Shown here: one piece after another, positions 32,215-44,423 of the stretch
How positions within the stretch are numbered: position 1 is the first letter of the stretch
Layout: each line of letters opens with the position of its first letter
From: an uncultured Methanosarcinaceae archaeon
GTDB lineage: Archaea; Halobacteriota; Methanosarcinia; Methanosarcinales; Methanosarcinaceae
Length of the DNA: 64,000 nt
Direction: 5' to 3'
Assembly (NCBI GenBank): GCA_963733675.1
Contig: CAVTET010000004.1
Coordinates: 352,001-416,000, forward strand
Made by a program: the position numbers and the translations under genes
Notes under the pieces: model-generated
Databases searched by the model: none
Told to the model about the DNA's origin: nothing
The model's input: only the letters and a program-made list of their open reading frames with translations

Positions 32215-34155
32215 TCAGACGCGTTCAAGTGCAAGAGCCCCAAGAAATGCCATTGTTTCAAGTATCTCTTTATTTTCTGGAGTAAGAGCTATCTCAGGCT
32301 GTTCAAAGGCAAATGCCATGAGACCCAATATCCTCCTGTGCGTTTTGAGTGGGATATAGTGCCCTCTTCCTGCGGGAAGATTATCTGTTCCATATCCAGC
32401 TGCCTGGCAATTGTTATAAGCCCATCGAGCAATTTCACTCTCTTTATCTTTGAGCGGGTAGTCAGCATCACCTTCTTCGATTTGAAGACCGGAGGAGCTG
32501 GATACGAGTATTGCAAAAGTACCTGGTGCAAATTTGTGCATTTGATCGGAGAGAATTTTTAAAACTTCTTGCCGTGTTTTTGCTTCCACAAGTTCACGGG
32601 AAAGGCCTGATGTTGCTTCCACTTGAGCTTCGCTCTTCCATATCTGGGGTAGAAGATGACGCAGCCGAGTTGCAAGGCTGCTAATTATAAGAGCAATAGC
32701 GACATATCCTACAAAAGCGATGAAGTATTGCAAGTCTTCGATACCAATTGAATAGTAAGGCTTGACAAAGAAAAAATCAAAAAGTAAGATACTCACAAAT
32801 GCTGTAAACATAGCTACTCTGCGCCTGAAGAAAAAAGCAGATACAAGGACTGGCAAAATCTGAATAATCAGCAAGTTCGTAGGTCCAATATGATCTTTAA
32901 GAAAAAAATTGAAGCTCACTACTGCTATAATTAGGATGAAGCTAATTGCATATTCAGCTGTAAAAAATAGTGGAATTCGTCGCTGAAGAGGTATGTGCAA
33001 GCCGTTTCCTTTTGGCTCGTAAAGGTGGATATCAATACCATGCGAATTCCTTATGACCCTATATACCGGAGAAAAGAGCACATCTATTCCGTGGGGTTTT
33101 CCAAGCATAATCATGTTGACATTGCTCCGCCGAGCATAGCGTACAATTTCGTCAGCTATATCGTTCCCACGGTAACGAACTATCCGGCCACCCAGTCGTC
33201 GAGATGTTTCTAGAGCTTGATTGAGCCAGACACGTTCCATAGAAGATAAAGCCCTATCATCACCGATATCTACTGAAAATACTATAAAGTCAGCATCGAA
33301 TCTCGTTGCAAGCTTGTATGCTGCCCTCACCATGGCTTCAGCTGTGGGACCTGGACGGATACACACCAGAAGCCTTTCTACGGCAGGCCATGGACCCTTG
33401 ATAGCTCGGCTCCTCATATAACCAATCATCATCTGGTCAGTATATACTGCCATATATCGCAATGCAAGTTGCCTTAGTGCAAGGAGATTACCTGTTCTGA
33501 AGAAACTCTGTATAGCAGCTTCAGCCATACCTTTCAAATAGATTTTCCCTGCTTTGAGGCGAATATTTAGCTCTTCTGGTGTGATATCGATTAACCGAAT
33601 CTCATCGGCATTGGAAAAGAAAGCATCCGGTACGATTTCAGAAACCCGGATGTCAATGATTTGGGCAACTGCATCGTTCTGGCTCTCAATATGCTGGATA
33701 TTAATGGTTGTATAAACTGATATTCCTGCTTGTAGGATCTCTTCGACATCCTGGTACCTCTTCAAATGCTTACTGGCTGGAGCGTTGGTATGGGCCAACT
33801 CATCTACCAGGACTATTTGAGGATGACGCCTAATGATTGAATCTGGATCTAACTCCTTCAGAGAGAGGCCATGATGTTCCATGGAGACTGTTGGAATGAT
33901 CTCAAAATGACTTACCAGTGCGTTTGTCTCAGGTCGGTCATGGCTCTCAACATAGCCGACAACAACATCTCTTCCTTCCCGTAGCCGCTGAAGTGCATCT
34001 TGAAGCATTGAGTATGTCTTTCCAACACCTGCAGAGTAGCCCAAGTAAACTGTCAACTTTCCTTCATGCTCTTTTTGCTCATTATAACGAGCAATGCACA
34101 GCAAATCTTCAGCTAGTGGTCTTCCTTCTTCTTCTTCACGACGATCCATTAGCAT
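32215..34155 (-). CDS. kdpD: KdpD-like sensor (KdpD-N, Usp, 4TM DUF4118, GAF) lacking the histidine kinase domain
   Basis: GKLTVYLGYSAGVGKTYSML, LVDELAHTN and RELVEA..LGALALERV*; no H-box or HATPase. Confidence 0.9.
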   Translation of the reverse strand: MLMDRREEEEGRPLAEDLLCIARYNEQKEHEGKLTVYLGYSAGVGKTYSMLQDALQRLREGRDVVVGYVESHDRPETNALVSHFEIIPTVSMEHHGLSLKELDPDSIIRRHPQIVLVDELAHTNAPASKHLKRYQDVEEILQAGISVYTTINIQHIESQNDAVAQIIDIRVSEIVPDAFFSNADEIRLIDITPEELNIRLKAGKIYLKGMAEAAIQSFFRTGNLLALRQLALRYMAVYTDQMMIGYMRSRAIKGPWPAVERLLVCIRPGPTAEAMVRAAYKLATRFDADFIVFSVDIGDDRALSSMERVWLNQALETSRRLGGRIVRYRGNDIADEIVRYARRSNVNMIMLGKPHGIDVLFSPVYRVIRNSHGIDIHLYEPKGNGLHIPLQRRIPLFFTAEYAISFILIIAVVSFNFFLKDHIGPTNLLIIQILPVLVSAFFFRRRVAMFTAFVSILLFDFFFVKPYYSIGIEDLQYFIAFVGYVAIALIISSLATRLRHLLPQIWKSEAQVEATSGLSRELVEAKTRQEVLKILSDQMHKFAPGTFAILVSSSSGLQIEEGDADYPLKDKESEIARWAYNNCQAAGYGTDNLPAGRGHYIPLKTHRRILGLMAFAFEQPEIALTPENKEILETMAFLGALALERV

Positions 34156-34164
34156 AATTTCCTC

Positions 34165-34731
34165 TTAAGTACTCCCTTTCTTATCAAGCGCTTGGTTGAG
34201 AGAAAGAACATTAACATAAGTTCCAGTGAATGGAGAATCGATAGATTCTGAAAGCACAAGTTTTTTGAGTTCTTCTTCCGGAATGTTGCGCGCCTTCGCC
34301 ACAGCAGGTATCTCTACAAGTGCGGATTTCAGGCTTATGTGTGGATCAAGTCCGCTTCCCGAAGCCATAACCAGATCAGATGGTATAAGGTCAGTAACAC
34401 CTGCTTCCTTTAGTGCACTAGTCCTATTGGCTACCAATCCGAAGAGAGCAGGGTTTGTCGGGCCGAGGTTAGACCCTGTGGAAGAAGTTGGATCATATCC
34501 ACTTCCACTAGCTGAAGGCCTGCTTTGGAAGTATTGAGGTACAGTAAAGTTCTGACCAATGAGCTTTGAACCAATAATTGTTTTGTTACTGTCCATAATA
34601 AGGCTCCCATGAGCCTGGGAAGGGAATACGCTCTGTGATACCAGCGTCACAGCAAGGGGATAGACAAGTCCTGTGATTATAAATAATACTCCAAATAGCA
34701 ACGTGGCTTTTTTGAGAGATTTCATGATCAA
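34165..34731 (-). CDS. kdpC: K+-transporting ATPase subunit C
   Basis: GSKLIGQNF..YFQSRPSA, SNLGPTN and ASGSGLDPHIS motifs. Confidence 0.95.
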   Translation of the reverse strand: MIMKSLKKATLLFGVLFIITGLVYPLAVTLVSQSVFPSQAHGSLIMDSNKTIIGSKLIGQNFTVPQYFQSRPSASGSGYDPTSSTGSNLGPTNPALFGLVANRTSALKEAGVTDLIPSDLVMASGSGLDPHISLKSALVEIPAVAKARNIPEEELKKLVLSESIDSPFTGTYVNVLSLNQALDKKGST

Positions 34732-34738
34732 TACCTCC

Positions 34739-36808
34739 TCAGATATGCAGTAAACCGGCCAATATCAGGTCTATTACCTTGATCCCTATAAAGGGGGCAA
34801 TGACCCCACCAAAACCAAAGATGGTCAGGTTGTAGGCAAAAAGCTTCGAAGCCGACATAGACTTAAACTTTATCCCAGCTAGTGCAAGTGGTATAAGCAT
34901 CGGAATAATCACAGCATTAAATATGACCGCAGAAAGAATGGCAGACTGCGGTGTTGCAAGACTCATGATATTCAGCACCTCAAGCTTCGGATATATACCT
35001 ACCAGAGCAGCGGGAATGATTGCAAAATATTTGGCGATATCGTTAGCTATAGAAAAGGTGGTCAGAGCTCCGCGAGTCATCAAAATTTGCTTACCTATCT
35101 CGACAATGTCCAACAGTTTGGTTGGATTGCTATCTAGATCAATGATGTTTGAAGCTTCTCTTGCAGGCTGTGTGCCATTGTTCATAGCCACAGCTACATC
35201 GGCTTGGGCAAGAGCAGGAGCATCATTTGTTCCGTCACCTGTCATGGCAACCATGTAGCCTTCTGTCTGGTAGTCCTTGATCATCGAGAGTTTATCTTCA
35301 GGTTTTGCTTCTGCTAGATAATCATCTACTCCGGCTTCTGCTGCGATAGTAGCAGCAGTAAGAGGATTATCTCCTGTAATCATAATCGTCTTTATTCCTA
35401 TCTTGCGCAGATCTGCAAATCTCTCTCGAATACCAGTTTTTAAAATATCTTTGAGGAATATCACACCGAGAATTGTTTCATTACGAGCGACAACCAACGG
35501 TGTACCTCCTTTAGACGCAATTCCGTCTACTTTCGCTTTCAAATCCGACGGAATGGTACCCCCACGCTCAAGAACGAACTTATTTATTGCATCGGAAGCA
35601 CCCTTTAGGTATGTTATCTCGCCGCATTTTGCACTACTGACTCTGGTAACGGCCGAAAATGGCGTGAAAGTGACATTCTCTGAAGAAACTGGAACTGTTC
35701 CGATATTTTTTTGAATGAGATCAATAATGCTTTTGCCCTCGGGAGTATCGTCTGCAGAAGAGGACAGCATAGCAGCTTCAATCAAGTCATCAGTTGATTG
35801 ACCATCTACTGGCAAAAACTCAGTTGCCTGTCGGTTACCTAAGGTGATAGTACCTGTTTTATCCAGCAGTAGGACATTTACATCTCCTGCAGCTTCGATT
35901 GCCCTTCCTGAGAGAGCGACGACATTCAACTGGAATAAACGATCCATCCCGGCTATTCCGATTGCTGAGAGCAGGGCTGCAATGGTTGTGGGTGCTAAAC
36001 ATACGAAAAGTGCAATTAGTACTGTGAAACTTACGGGGGAACCTCTTCCACTTGAAGAAGCGCTATACGCAGAAGCGGAGTACATGCTGACTACAACCGC
36101 GAGAAATACAACTGTCAGTGAAATGAGTAGTATTCCGAGAGCTATTTCATTAGGAGTCTTCCGTCTCTCTGCACCCTCCACCATGGAGATCATACGGTCC
36201 AGAAAAGTATGTCCAGGATCAGCGGTAATTTTGATGATTATCTCATTGGCAATAACTGTAGTTCCTCCGGTTACAGCACTTCGGTCACCACCAAATTCAC
36301 GCACAACAGGTGCAGATTCCCCGGTAATTGCTGCTTCATTAACTAATGCAACTCCCTTCACTACGTCTCCGTCTCCAGGGATTACTTCGTTTGTCTTTAC
36401 AAGGACAAGGTCACCTTTCTGGAGATCGGAGGAAGGCACTTCAGTGAAAGGACTATCAAAAGATTCTGTTGTGAGCTTTCTAGCAGGAACGCTTGTTCTG
36501 GACAGCCGGAGAGATGCTGCTCTGGCTTTACCACGGCCTTCAGACAGAGCTTCCGCAAAGTTAGAAAAGAGCACGGTCAGCCAAAGCCAGAGAGAAATAA
36601 AGCCAATGAAGAAAGAGGATTCAGTGGTAGCAGAGAAGAAGCTGATAAGAAAACTCATCGTGGTTAGGATACTTCCTATTTCTACTGTAAACATTACCGG
36701 GTTTTCGATCTGCTGACGTAGGTTCAGTTTCAACACTGAACTGATAAGCGCTTCACGAATAAGTTTCGAATCAAAGGCACCTACATGGGAAGATTGCGTT
36801 CGTGGCAT
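34739..36808 (-). CDS. kdpB: K+-transporting ATPase subunit B
   Basis: TGES, DKTGTIT and GDGTNDAPAL motifs. Likely start is ATG 36808 (MPRTQ), right after the kdpA stop. Confidence 0.96.
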   Translation of the reverse strand: MPRTQSSHVGAFDSKLIREALISSVLKLNLRQQIENPVMFTVEIGSILTTMSFLISFFSATTESSFFIGFISLWLWLTVLFSNFAEALSEGRGKARAASLRLSRTSVPARKLTTESFDSPFTEVPSSDLQKGDLVLVKTNEVIPGDGDVVKGVALVNEAAITGESAPVVREFGGDRSAVTGGTTVIANEIIIKITADPGHTFLDRMISMVEGAERRKTPNEIALGILLISLTVVFLAVVVSMYSASAYSASSSGRGSPVSFTVLIALFVCLAPTTIAALLSAIGIAGMDRLFQLNVVALSGRAIEAAGDVNVLLLDKTGTITLGNRQATEFLPVDGQSTDDLIEAAMLSSSADDTPEGKSIIDLIQKNIGTVPVSSENVTFTPFSAVTRVSSAKCGEITYLKGASDAINKFVLERGGTIPSDLKAKVDGIASKGGTPLVVARNETILGVIFLKDILKTGIRERFADLRKIGIKTIMITGDNPLTAATIAAEAGVDDYLAEAKPEDKLSMIKDYQTEGYMVAMTGDGTNDAPALAQADVAVAMNNGTQPAREASNIIDLDSNPTKLLDIVEIGKQILMTRGALTTFSIANDIAKYFAIIPAALVGIYPKLEVLNIMSLATPQSAILSAVIFNAVIIPMLIPLALAGIKFKSMSASKLFAYNLTIFGFGGVIAPFIGIKVIDLILAGLLHI

Positions 36809-36810
36809 TA

Positions 36811-38517
36811 TTAATTCCCTCCCATCATAATCAGGTGTTCGATAATCGGGCCGGTGGCGAATAGTGGGAAGAAGGTGAGAGCACCGATGATCAGGATCAC
36901 TAGAATCGTCCAAGTAGCAAATGAAACCGAAGCTGTGGGAAGAGTTCCTAAACTTGATGGAACTTTTTTCTTTTGCGCCATCGATCCTGCTATTGCTAGC
37001 ACGGCAATTGCAGGGACAAACCTGCCTATCAACATTGCTATGCTACCCCCAAGTGTGAAAAATGGCTTTGTTGCGTCAAGCCCAGCAAAGGCACTACCGT
37101 TATTATTAGACATGGATGCAAAGGCATATACCACTTCGGAAAGTCCATGAGGACCCGGATTTGCCATTAAATCTCCAACTTTCGGTAGAACAAGTGCAAT
37201 ACCCGAAAAAAGGAGAACAAGAATTCCAGGGACAAGAACGGTTATGACAGCCATCTTCATTTCTAATGCCTCTATTTTTTTCCCGAGGTATTCAGGGACG
37301 CGGCCAATCATGAGTCCTGCAATGAAGACCGAAAGCACCAAAAATCCGATCATAGTGTAAAATCCAGATCCTACCCCCCCGAAGACGACTTCACCTAGAA
37401 GAATCAGGAACATAGGCACCAGACCACCTAGTGGAGTGAGCGAATCATGCATACTGTTAACTGCACCACAGGAAGTTGCCGTAGTAGATGTGACAAAAAG
37501 CGAGGACCCCCATAGCCCAAACCTGACTTCTTTTCCTTCCATAGATATTCCGGAAACGCCAAGTTCTTTAATCAGTGGATTGCCCGCTAGCTCTGCAGCG
37601 TAGAGTGTACAGAATCCCAATAAAAACAACACTAACATAATAGAGTAGATAACCCACCCCTGTCTCATACTTCCGACCATTCTTCCAAAGACCAGAGGCA
37701 GAGTTGCAGATATTATGAGCATAAGGAAAATCTCTATAATGTTAGTCAAAGGTGTTGGATTTTCATAGGGATGTGCAGAGTTTGCATTGAAAAATCCTCC
37801 TCCGTTGGTACCGAACATTTTTATTGCTTCCTGAGAAGCTACTGGTCCCATTGGGATTGTCTGGGGTCCTGTCGGGCCATACCCTGTGACGTTTACATAA
37901 GGATCAATATTCTGAATAACGCCCTGGGAAACAAGCACAAGAGCAAAAATGAAAGCTATCGGCAAAAGGATGTAGAGAGTGCAACGAATCATATCTACCC
38001 AAAAGTTGCCGATCTTATAGGTCGACTGGCGGGTAATACCCCGCATCACTGCAATCGCTATGCAGATACCTGTAGCTGCGGAAAGGAAGTTATGAACTGT
38101 AAGTCCAGCCATCTGAGTAAAATAACTCGCAGCCGATTCACCGCTGTAGACCTGCCAGTTTGTATTAGTGATAAAACTAGATGCAGTGTTGATGGCAAAA
38201 CTTAGATTAAAAGCCCCAAATTTTTGTGGGTTGAGAGGCAGAGAATCTTGAAAAAGAAGAATTAAAAGAAGAATTACAAAACCTATACCATTGAAAATGA
38301 GCATATCTCTGGTGTAGCCCCGCCATCCTTCTTCTTTATCGGGATCAGTATCTATTAATCTGTATATTACCCGTTCAAAGCTTCCCAGGATTCCTCTGGA
38401 AAAACTTCCGTCAAAAACACGAACAATGAAACTGCTAAAAGGAAATGCAACCCCAGTTATGAGAACCAAAAAAAGGATTAGCATTATACCATCTGAAAGT
38501 ATATCTGGTGTTATCAT
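36811..38517 (-). CDS. kdpA: K+-transporting ATPase subunit A
   Basis: [28 protein letters not shown] and NNGSAFAG motifs. Start ATG 38517, or 38565. Confidence 0.96.
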   Translation of the reverse strand: MITPDILSDGIMLILFLVLITGVAFPFSSFIVRVFDGSFSRGILGSFERVIYRLIDTDPDKEEGWRGYTRDMLIFNGIGFVILLLILLFQDSLPLNPQKFGAFNLSFAINTASSFITNTNWQVYSGESAASYFTQMAGLTVHNFLSAATGICIAIAVMRGITRQSTYKIGNFWVDMIRCTLYILLPIAFIFALVLVSQGVIQNIDPYVNVTGYGPTGPQTIPMGPVASQEAIKMFGTNGGGFFNANSAHPYENPTPLTNIIEIFLMLIISATLPLVFGRMVGSMRQGWVIYSIMLVLFLLGFCTLYAAELAGNPLIKELGVSGISMEGKEVRFGLWGSSLFVTSTTATSCGAVNSMHDSLTPLGGLVPMFLILLGEVVFGGVGSGFYTMIGFLVLSVFIAGLMIGRVPEYLGKKIEALEMKMAVITVLVPGILVLLFSGIALVLPKVGDLMANPGPHGLSEVVYAFASMSNNNGSAFAGLDATKPFFTLGGSIAMLIGRFVPAIAVLAIAGSMAQKKKVPSSLGTLPTASVSFATWTILVILIIGALTFFPLFATGPIIEHLIMMGGN

Positions 38518-39552
38518 TTTATGATCAAGTACCAAAATTTCTTTACTAATCTTTAACCTAAACATGAACCGCTAAAAACATAGATATGGAAAAATTATTT
38601 TTGCATTTTTCTCTTTTTATTGTTTTCGATGGTTATTGAACTTTTAATGAATCAAATACAGGTTTTTAGTTCGAAACCATAGTTCACAGCTGTTGTATTA
38701 GTTCGAAATTTTATTTTACTACCCAAAGGCAGCAATCGGAAGTCTTAGAGACTATAGAGTATAAATACCTTTCTAGAAGTTAAGTTCAATTTTCCCAAAA
38801 GTACACACGTATGCCACTTCCACATCCTTTTTCGATAAAGTGATAATTAAAATCTGTATCTCATTCTTTGATATATAACATTCGGTAAATCAACACATAA
38901 ATTAGATGTATGTTGTGTTTTTTGGATAGAATACATGAAAATATTTGGACCAATGAAGTTGGATTGAAGTATTAGGAAAATGAAGGCCTTCGTTGGCCAA
39001 ATATAACATTAAACAATAATTTATTTGCACTTGTTTTACACCTTCAGTACTTAAGTTTCGTATTGGGAAAAATATAAATAGTATTATAAGGAAAAGGGAT
39101 ATTGCTTACTTGCTTGTAAATTCTTATTTGAATCCAAAACCTATTTCATCCCACAATCTAATAGGTAGCACAATAAGTAATAGATACTTACAAGCAAGCT
39201 CATCCTCCAAAACCATTCTTCGCGTAATCCTAAAAACTTTCCGAATTATTTTTACGATCCGGGTTTGATCTATTATTCGGAATATAAGATTCGAGAAGAA
39301 AATTTAGAGTTATGATATCAGCTTATTTAGAGTAAAATATGTTTTGGGATCAACTAGATATTAAAAAGTCAGGAAATTTTAACTGATAATAGGAAACAGT
39401 TAAAAAAATTCCTGAACCGAGTTTAGAAAAAGTAACTTTCAGTTTTTTTGTGAGAATGTTTATATTTTTTCGCATTGACTTACAGATTTCTTTTCCCAGT
39501 CTATAGATATACACATATAGAATTTATTTACCGATTGTTTGGTGACATTTTT

Positions 39553-39741
39553 ATGGCTTATTTTGATGGTGCTAACCTTGATGGTGCTAACTTGGAAGGA
39601 GCTAACCTTGAAGAGACTAACCCTAAAGGAGCTTATAAATTAACAATTGAACAGCTATCTAAAGTGAAAACACTCTCTGATGCGAAATTAGACGAAGAGC
39701 TTCTCAATTCACTTAGAAAAAAAATATGCTTGTCTTTTTAA
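39553..39741 (+). pseudogene. Pentapeptide repeat protein C-terminal fragment
   Basis: GANLDGANLEGANLE..IEQLSKVKTLSDAKLDEEL; paralogous to 861-1352. Confidence 0.65.
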
Positions 39742-39804
39742 AAGGTAAATATCTTCACCTTTTTAGAGACCCATAATTGCCTTCTTTCAAAGGATAGCAG
39801 TATT

Positions 39805-41688
39805 ATGGAAATGAAATATAAAGTATTCTTTGTATTTATCAGCATGATTTTATTGCCGGAGACTACAATTGCAACACCTCCGACCTTGAAACCTGCTTCA
39901 CAGCCGTATTACATTGATTCACAGCATAATTTGTGGCTCAAAGTCAACATGAGTGGCAGTCCCCAAAATTTTAAGGTATACAACAATCCTGGCTACTCAC
40001 CAAATGGGGAAGCAGTCATGTGGGCATACGATAACTTTAGCTCAGGCAGCTTAGATACATCAAAATGGACAGCTTACAAAGAAGGAAGCAATAACGCAAC
40101 AGTAGATGTGCAGAATGGACATTTGGTGTTGTCAGGTTCTGGTAACACATCTTCTGCAAATGTTATGCTGAATAAACCATTCACAAGCGGCATTGAATTG
40201 GCGATCAATGAAACATTAGCAGGTGGTACTCATGATGTGGGTACATTTTCTGATGTTTCTTTTGGTTCCGGCGCACTCGTAGGTGGGATCAGGGGAACAG
40301 ATTGGTAGCATACCAGATTCGCTAATGGCGGTGGATCATTCCAAAGCCAGGGAATATATAATGCAATGATTTGGGCAAACTCAAACAGTTCGGATGTTAG
40401 TATGCCTACTCCTGGAATCAGATTAAGCGATTACATAGAAGAGGGTATTTCACATACATTGGCATATAGTTATGATGCTTCCGGTAACGCAAATATGTAT
40501 ATGCTAAATGTAACTCAAAATCGTCTTCCTTTATCTATACCTGATCCATATGGGTATAACCAGTACAATCATCCATCTATCTATTTCAATGAGACTGGTG
40601 TATTTGGTCACAAATGGTGGATGTTCATCACACCATATGCATACTCCTAACGGTACATATGAAAATGCATGTTTGTACTATTCTGATGATGGACTAATTT
40701 GGAATGTACCTCCAGGAGTGAAAAATCCTCTAGGAACGCAAATGGAATCTGATTATAATTCAAATGCCTATGGTTTTGATCTCTATGGTTCTGATCCCTA
40801 TGGTTTTGATCCCTATGGTTCTAATCCTGATCTCATATACAATCCTGATACTGAAAAATTTATGCTCTACTATGTAATTGGGGATATCATCGGTAATGCA
40901 ACCATAGAAAGCCCTAAAGTTAAAACGTATGACGGTATCACTGTTTCTCCAGAAATAAATGTCACAGCTCATGGGGTATCACCAACCGTCCTGTATGATA
41001 ATGCCACACGAACATATTACATGTGGATTGTTGATATCGATCTTCAACCGCATGTAATATACAGATATACATCCACTGATGGTGTAAATTTTGATAATAA
41101 GCAAGTTGTAGGTCAATCCAGCAACTACCAACCTTGGCATATGAATACGATGAATTATCCAGGAAAGTCAACACTGTATGCATTGTTCACATTGATGAGT
41201 AACGAAAGGTTCAACGACGATCTACATATTGCAACTGCAGACAGTTACACCGATAATTTCACAGTTCAAAGCTCACCACTTCTAAAAATCGGGGATGCAT
41301 CTTCTGCAACACATGAAGATGTTCAATTATACCGTATTACACTCGAGCAACTAAGGTAAATGGTGTATGGACAGTTGGAAATTTCATAACTCCACGTGCA
41401 CCACTTATGACAATCCAAAACACACAATATCTTTACACTCCAAAACAATGGATGATGTCACAAGGTGATTCCCCAACAAGCCACGGAGTTAAAAGAGAAA
41501 TTAATGAAGTTTGGGGATATAAAACAGGCCACATACCAAAAACAACCGCAAAAAATATGGGAACATACACTCAAATTGAGGTTGTACCAACCGACTTACA
41601 AAACGTGTCTAATTACCAGGTGATGATCCCTGCTAGTATGCTTAACATATCATCTCAAAGAGATTCTCTGGATGTTGAGCGTTCGTAA
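39805..41688 (+). pseudogene. Degraded paralogue of the secreted protein at 22108-24072
   Basis: Colinear with the intact gene. TGG>TAG at 40306, +1 frameshift near 40647, deletion near 41336. Confidence 0.9.
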
Positions 41689-42314
41689 GTGCACCAAACA
41701 AACAAGTGGTGTAGTATTTTCGATATTAGGTGGGTAAATCCCACTGCTAATGATGTATTAGAACTTTCATGGCTGAATTGGAAAATCAATGGCATTACAC
41801 ACACGACTGTCTAAAATGTGAATTATCCTATCTTTTCTAAAATTTTCATTCTAATCTTTTCTGCTTCATTTTCAGTCATATATGGGATATTCAGCTCCAC
41901 TACTCGATATTACCCTTCTGCAGATAAAGACAGGAACTTGCGAGCCTTTGGGCTTAAACTTATCTGATCTTCAGTAACAAGCCTATAAACTGGCCGAGGG
42001 GTATATTGCACTTTATGGTCAAAAAATATTCAAAATGTGCATATAGATCCCCTTCCCGGTAAATGAGAACAGATTTTTACAATCCCAAGGTAACTCCTTG
42101 CCTATTTTTTGCCTTGCTTCAAGAGCTTGTAATCTTTTTTTCATTGATACTGTTACCATATCTTCACGTCACATTTTCAATAATGTATTTTCCCTAATCT
42201 GGCTATAATTCCATTAGACTTCCCAGAATATTAATGGAATCTTGGAATAAATGGTAATTAAACTTTCATATTATACAGCATACAACTTTCCGATCGAGCT
42301 CCCGAATAATAATT

Positions 42315-42692
42315 TCATTCTACTCCTGTAAATAAGGGAGTATTTGCAAGAGCACAACCATTCTGTGCCTGACAATTTTCCAGAGCTTCAAGTCTCTTCT
42401 GAAATTCATCAATATCCAAATCTTTTAGTATCGCATTTTGGACCAGTAATGCCTGAATGAAAACTATGATATAGGCCAGCTTTAAACTATCTCCTTCCTG
42501 AGCTCTGAAGTGTTTTGCCCTCAATCTTTTTTGAAGTTGTTCAATTAATTCTAAATTTGCATTTAACAGTGACTCTCGTGTCAGTAATTTAAAAATAGTT
42601 ATGGGGATCTCATAGTATTTTTCATTAAATCCCTTTATAACGTTTTGTCGGTTAATTGTCAAGAATTTATAGAAATATATTATATCTATCAA
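42315..42692 (-). CDS. Hypothetical helical protein, probably mobile-element associated (true start probably downstream)
   Basis: LTRESLLNANLELIEQLQKRLRAKHFRAQEGDSLKLAY..KRLEALE reads as protein-like. Confidence 0.45.
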   Translation of the reverse strand: MIDIIYFYKFLTINRQNVIKGFNEKYYEIPITIFKLLTRESLLNANLELIEQLQKRLRAKHFRAQEGDSLKLAYIIVFIQALLVQNAILKDLDIDEFQKRLEALENCQAQNGCALANTPLFTGVE

Positions 42693-43372
42693 TATATATA
42701 TTTTAGTACATATATTGGTAATTATGTGTTATGCCACTATTGGCATCTTCTAATCTCACCTTTGATCTTTTGAATATACGTTAAGGCATCGTAATAAATT
42801 ATAAAAATCAATTATTATAATTCATTTAAAGCGTGATTTCCAATAAGTTAATGATAAACTATTAATTGCATAATTTAAACCTCGCCACCGACTTCTAATG
42901 CACCATCTCAGCCCATATTCATTTCCAATCCCCCGTTAGATACAGACTATGAAATTTTGTAAATATTTTCCCAGAAATTATCATAAAAAAATCCACTCAT
43001 CGGACAATTTACCACTTTGCTTACTATTCCAGAAAATTGTAAACTTAAATAGGTATGTATACACTTAAATCGAAGAATATAACTATTAAACTGGTTATTT
43101 GTCCAAATTTTAATAATTCTAATGAAACTGCTCATACTCGAGTTTGTACTCCAAGTGCGAAAGTAATATTAAAGAAAAGTCAGTCTAATACTTGCGGATA
43201 AAAGAAAGGAGATTAGATTAGAAGGATTAACTTATATGAAATTAGTCTGAAGATTGAATTACTGTCTCCAACGATCTTCCCACTTAAATAGCAACAAATG
43301 CACCCTACCACCATGTTTTTCCGTGACTATAATATCATTATTTGAAGAATTCTAGTATTTAGGAAAATACTT

Positions 43373-44320
43373 TTAAAAGCTGCCCAATAATATGGATGAT
43401 GGAGAGGTTTCTCTTCTGGAGATTCTTTGGCCATTTCGAGATATCTTTCCCTGTACTGTTCTATGAACTCTTTGCTTTTGCCTTCCAATTCTCTCGAGCA
43501 GTAGCATTTTTAAACACAATCTGCAACTTGGCAGAAGTAAGGTATCTGATCCAGAGCTAAGCTTCCTGCAATGCCAGGGGAATATCCATTTCCCCAACAA
43601 TATGATTGGAGTAGAATAGCTCCATAAGTATGGCTGTGAAAATATCTGGAACCGAACAAAGATTGCTGACCAAGCAAGGAAAAACTGCAAGCATAAAACC
43701 TGCAGGTAATCCAACAAACTCATCAGCACTGCCTTTCACAATATTGGTAATTCCAGTTTCACAGGCAGAAAGTGTTACTAATCTTGCTGAAGATATATCT
43801 ACTACATCATTCTGGAGATCTTCTAAGCTTAATCTTTTCTCTCCGACCATGTACAATCCAGACGTGGTGGATCGTTTCAGTTATAGTTGCCGTGGCAGGA
43901 GAAATGAAAATATGCTTTTTCAGGTACCCTATTCAAGACTGTTTCTCTGGTACCAATTTCACCATTACCCACTTGGTTAGAATTGAAAAATTTGGATGTG
44001 ACCTGGTCTTCACATCTTGTAAAAACCATAGCAGGATCTTCCTCCGGTTTGATAACTGCATAGAGACCTTTTCCTTTAACTATCCTAACTTTATTTTGCT
44101 TTTCCCTCAGCAGCTGGATGGAAGGGCGTAGTTTATACAGTAACGTTGGGAGAGGCTGGCCATCAGCTAGAGGAATTGCATGTAAGGGCAACAGAAATAG
44201 GTCGCTAGAAGGCAGGAGAATCAATCTTTTTATTTGAGGTGGAAGATTTGCTAGGAGTGGATTGAGTAGCTTAGTACCAATGTTGGATAAAACATCATTT
44301 AATGTTTTTTGCTAGGTTTG
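43373..44320 (-). pseudogene. CHAT-domain protein remnant
   Basis: LFLLPLHAIP, YFHFSCHG, LVTLSACETG and DEFVGLPAGF in several frames. Confidence 0.85.
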
Positions 44321-44423
44321 GAAATCTTCATCATGGCGTTTATAAAATGGAAAATGCAACTTAAATCCTTATTCAATTTTTAGCAAGACCTTCACGATAA
44401 TTCCAAGAATAACTAACAATGCA

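Noticed and set aside
35844-36716. 290-aa + strand ORF and other antisense ORFs in the track
   Set aside because: They are shadows of real genes on the opposite strand (kdpB, thermosome, NRAMP, wbp genes).
38520-38760. kdpF small gene upstream of kdpA
   Set aside because: No short hydrophobic ORF ending in a PE(K/R)F-like motif was found.
39369-39415. Imperfect inverted repeat TCAGGAAATTTTAACTG / CAGTTAAAAAAATTCCTGA
   Set aside because: Single isolated AT-rich hairpin with no assignable role.
40306-40308. Pyrrolysine readthrough rescuing the secreted paralogue
   Set aside because: A later +1 frameshift and a deletion inactivate the gene anyway.
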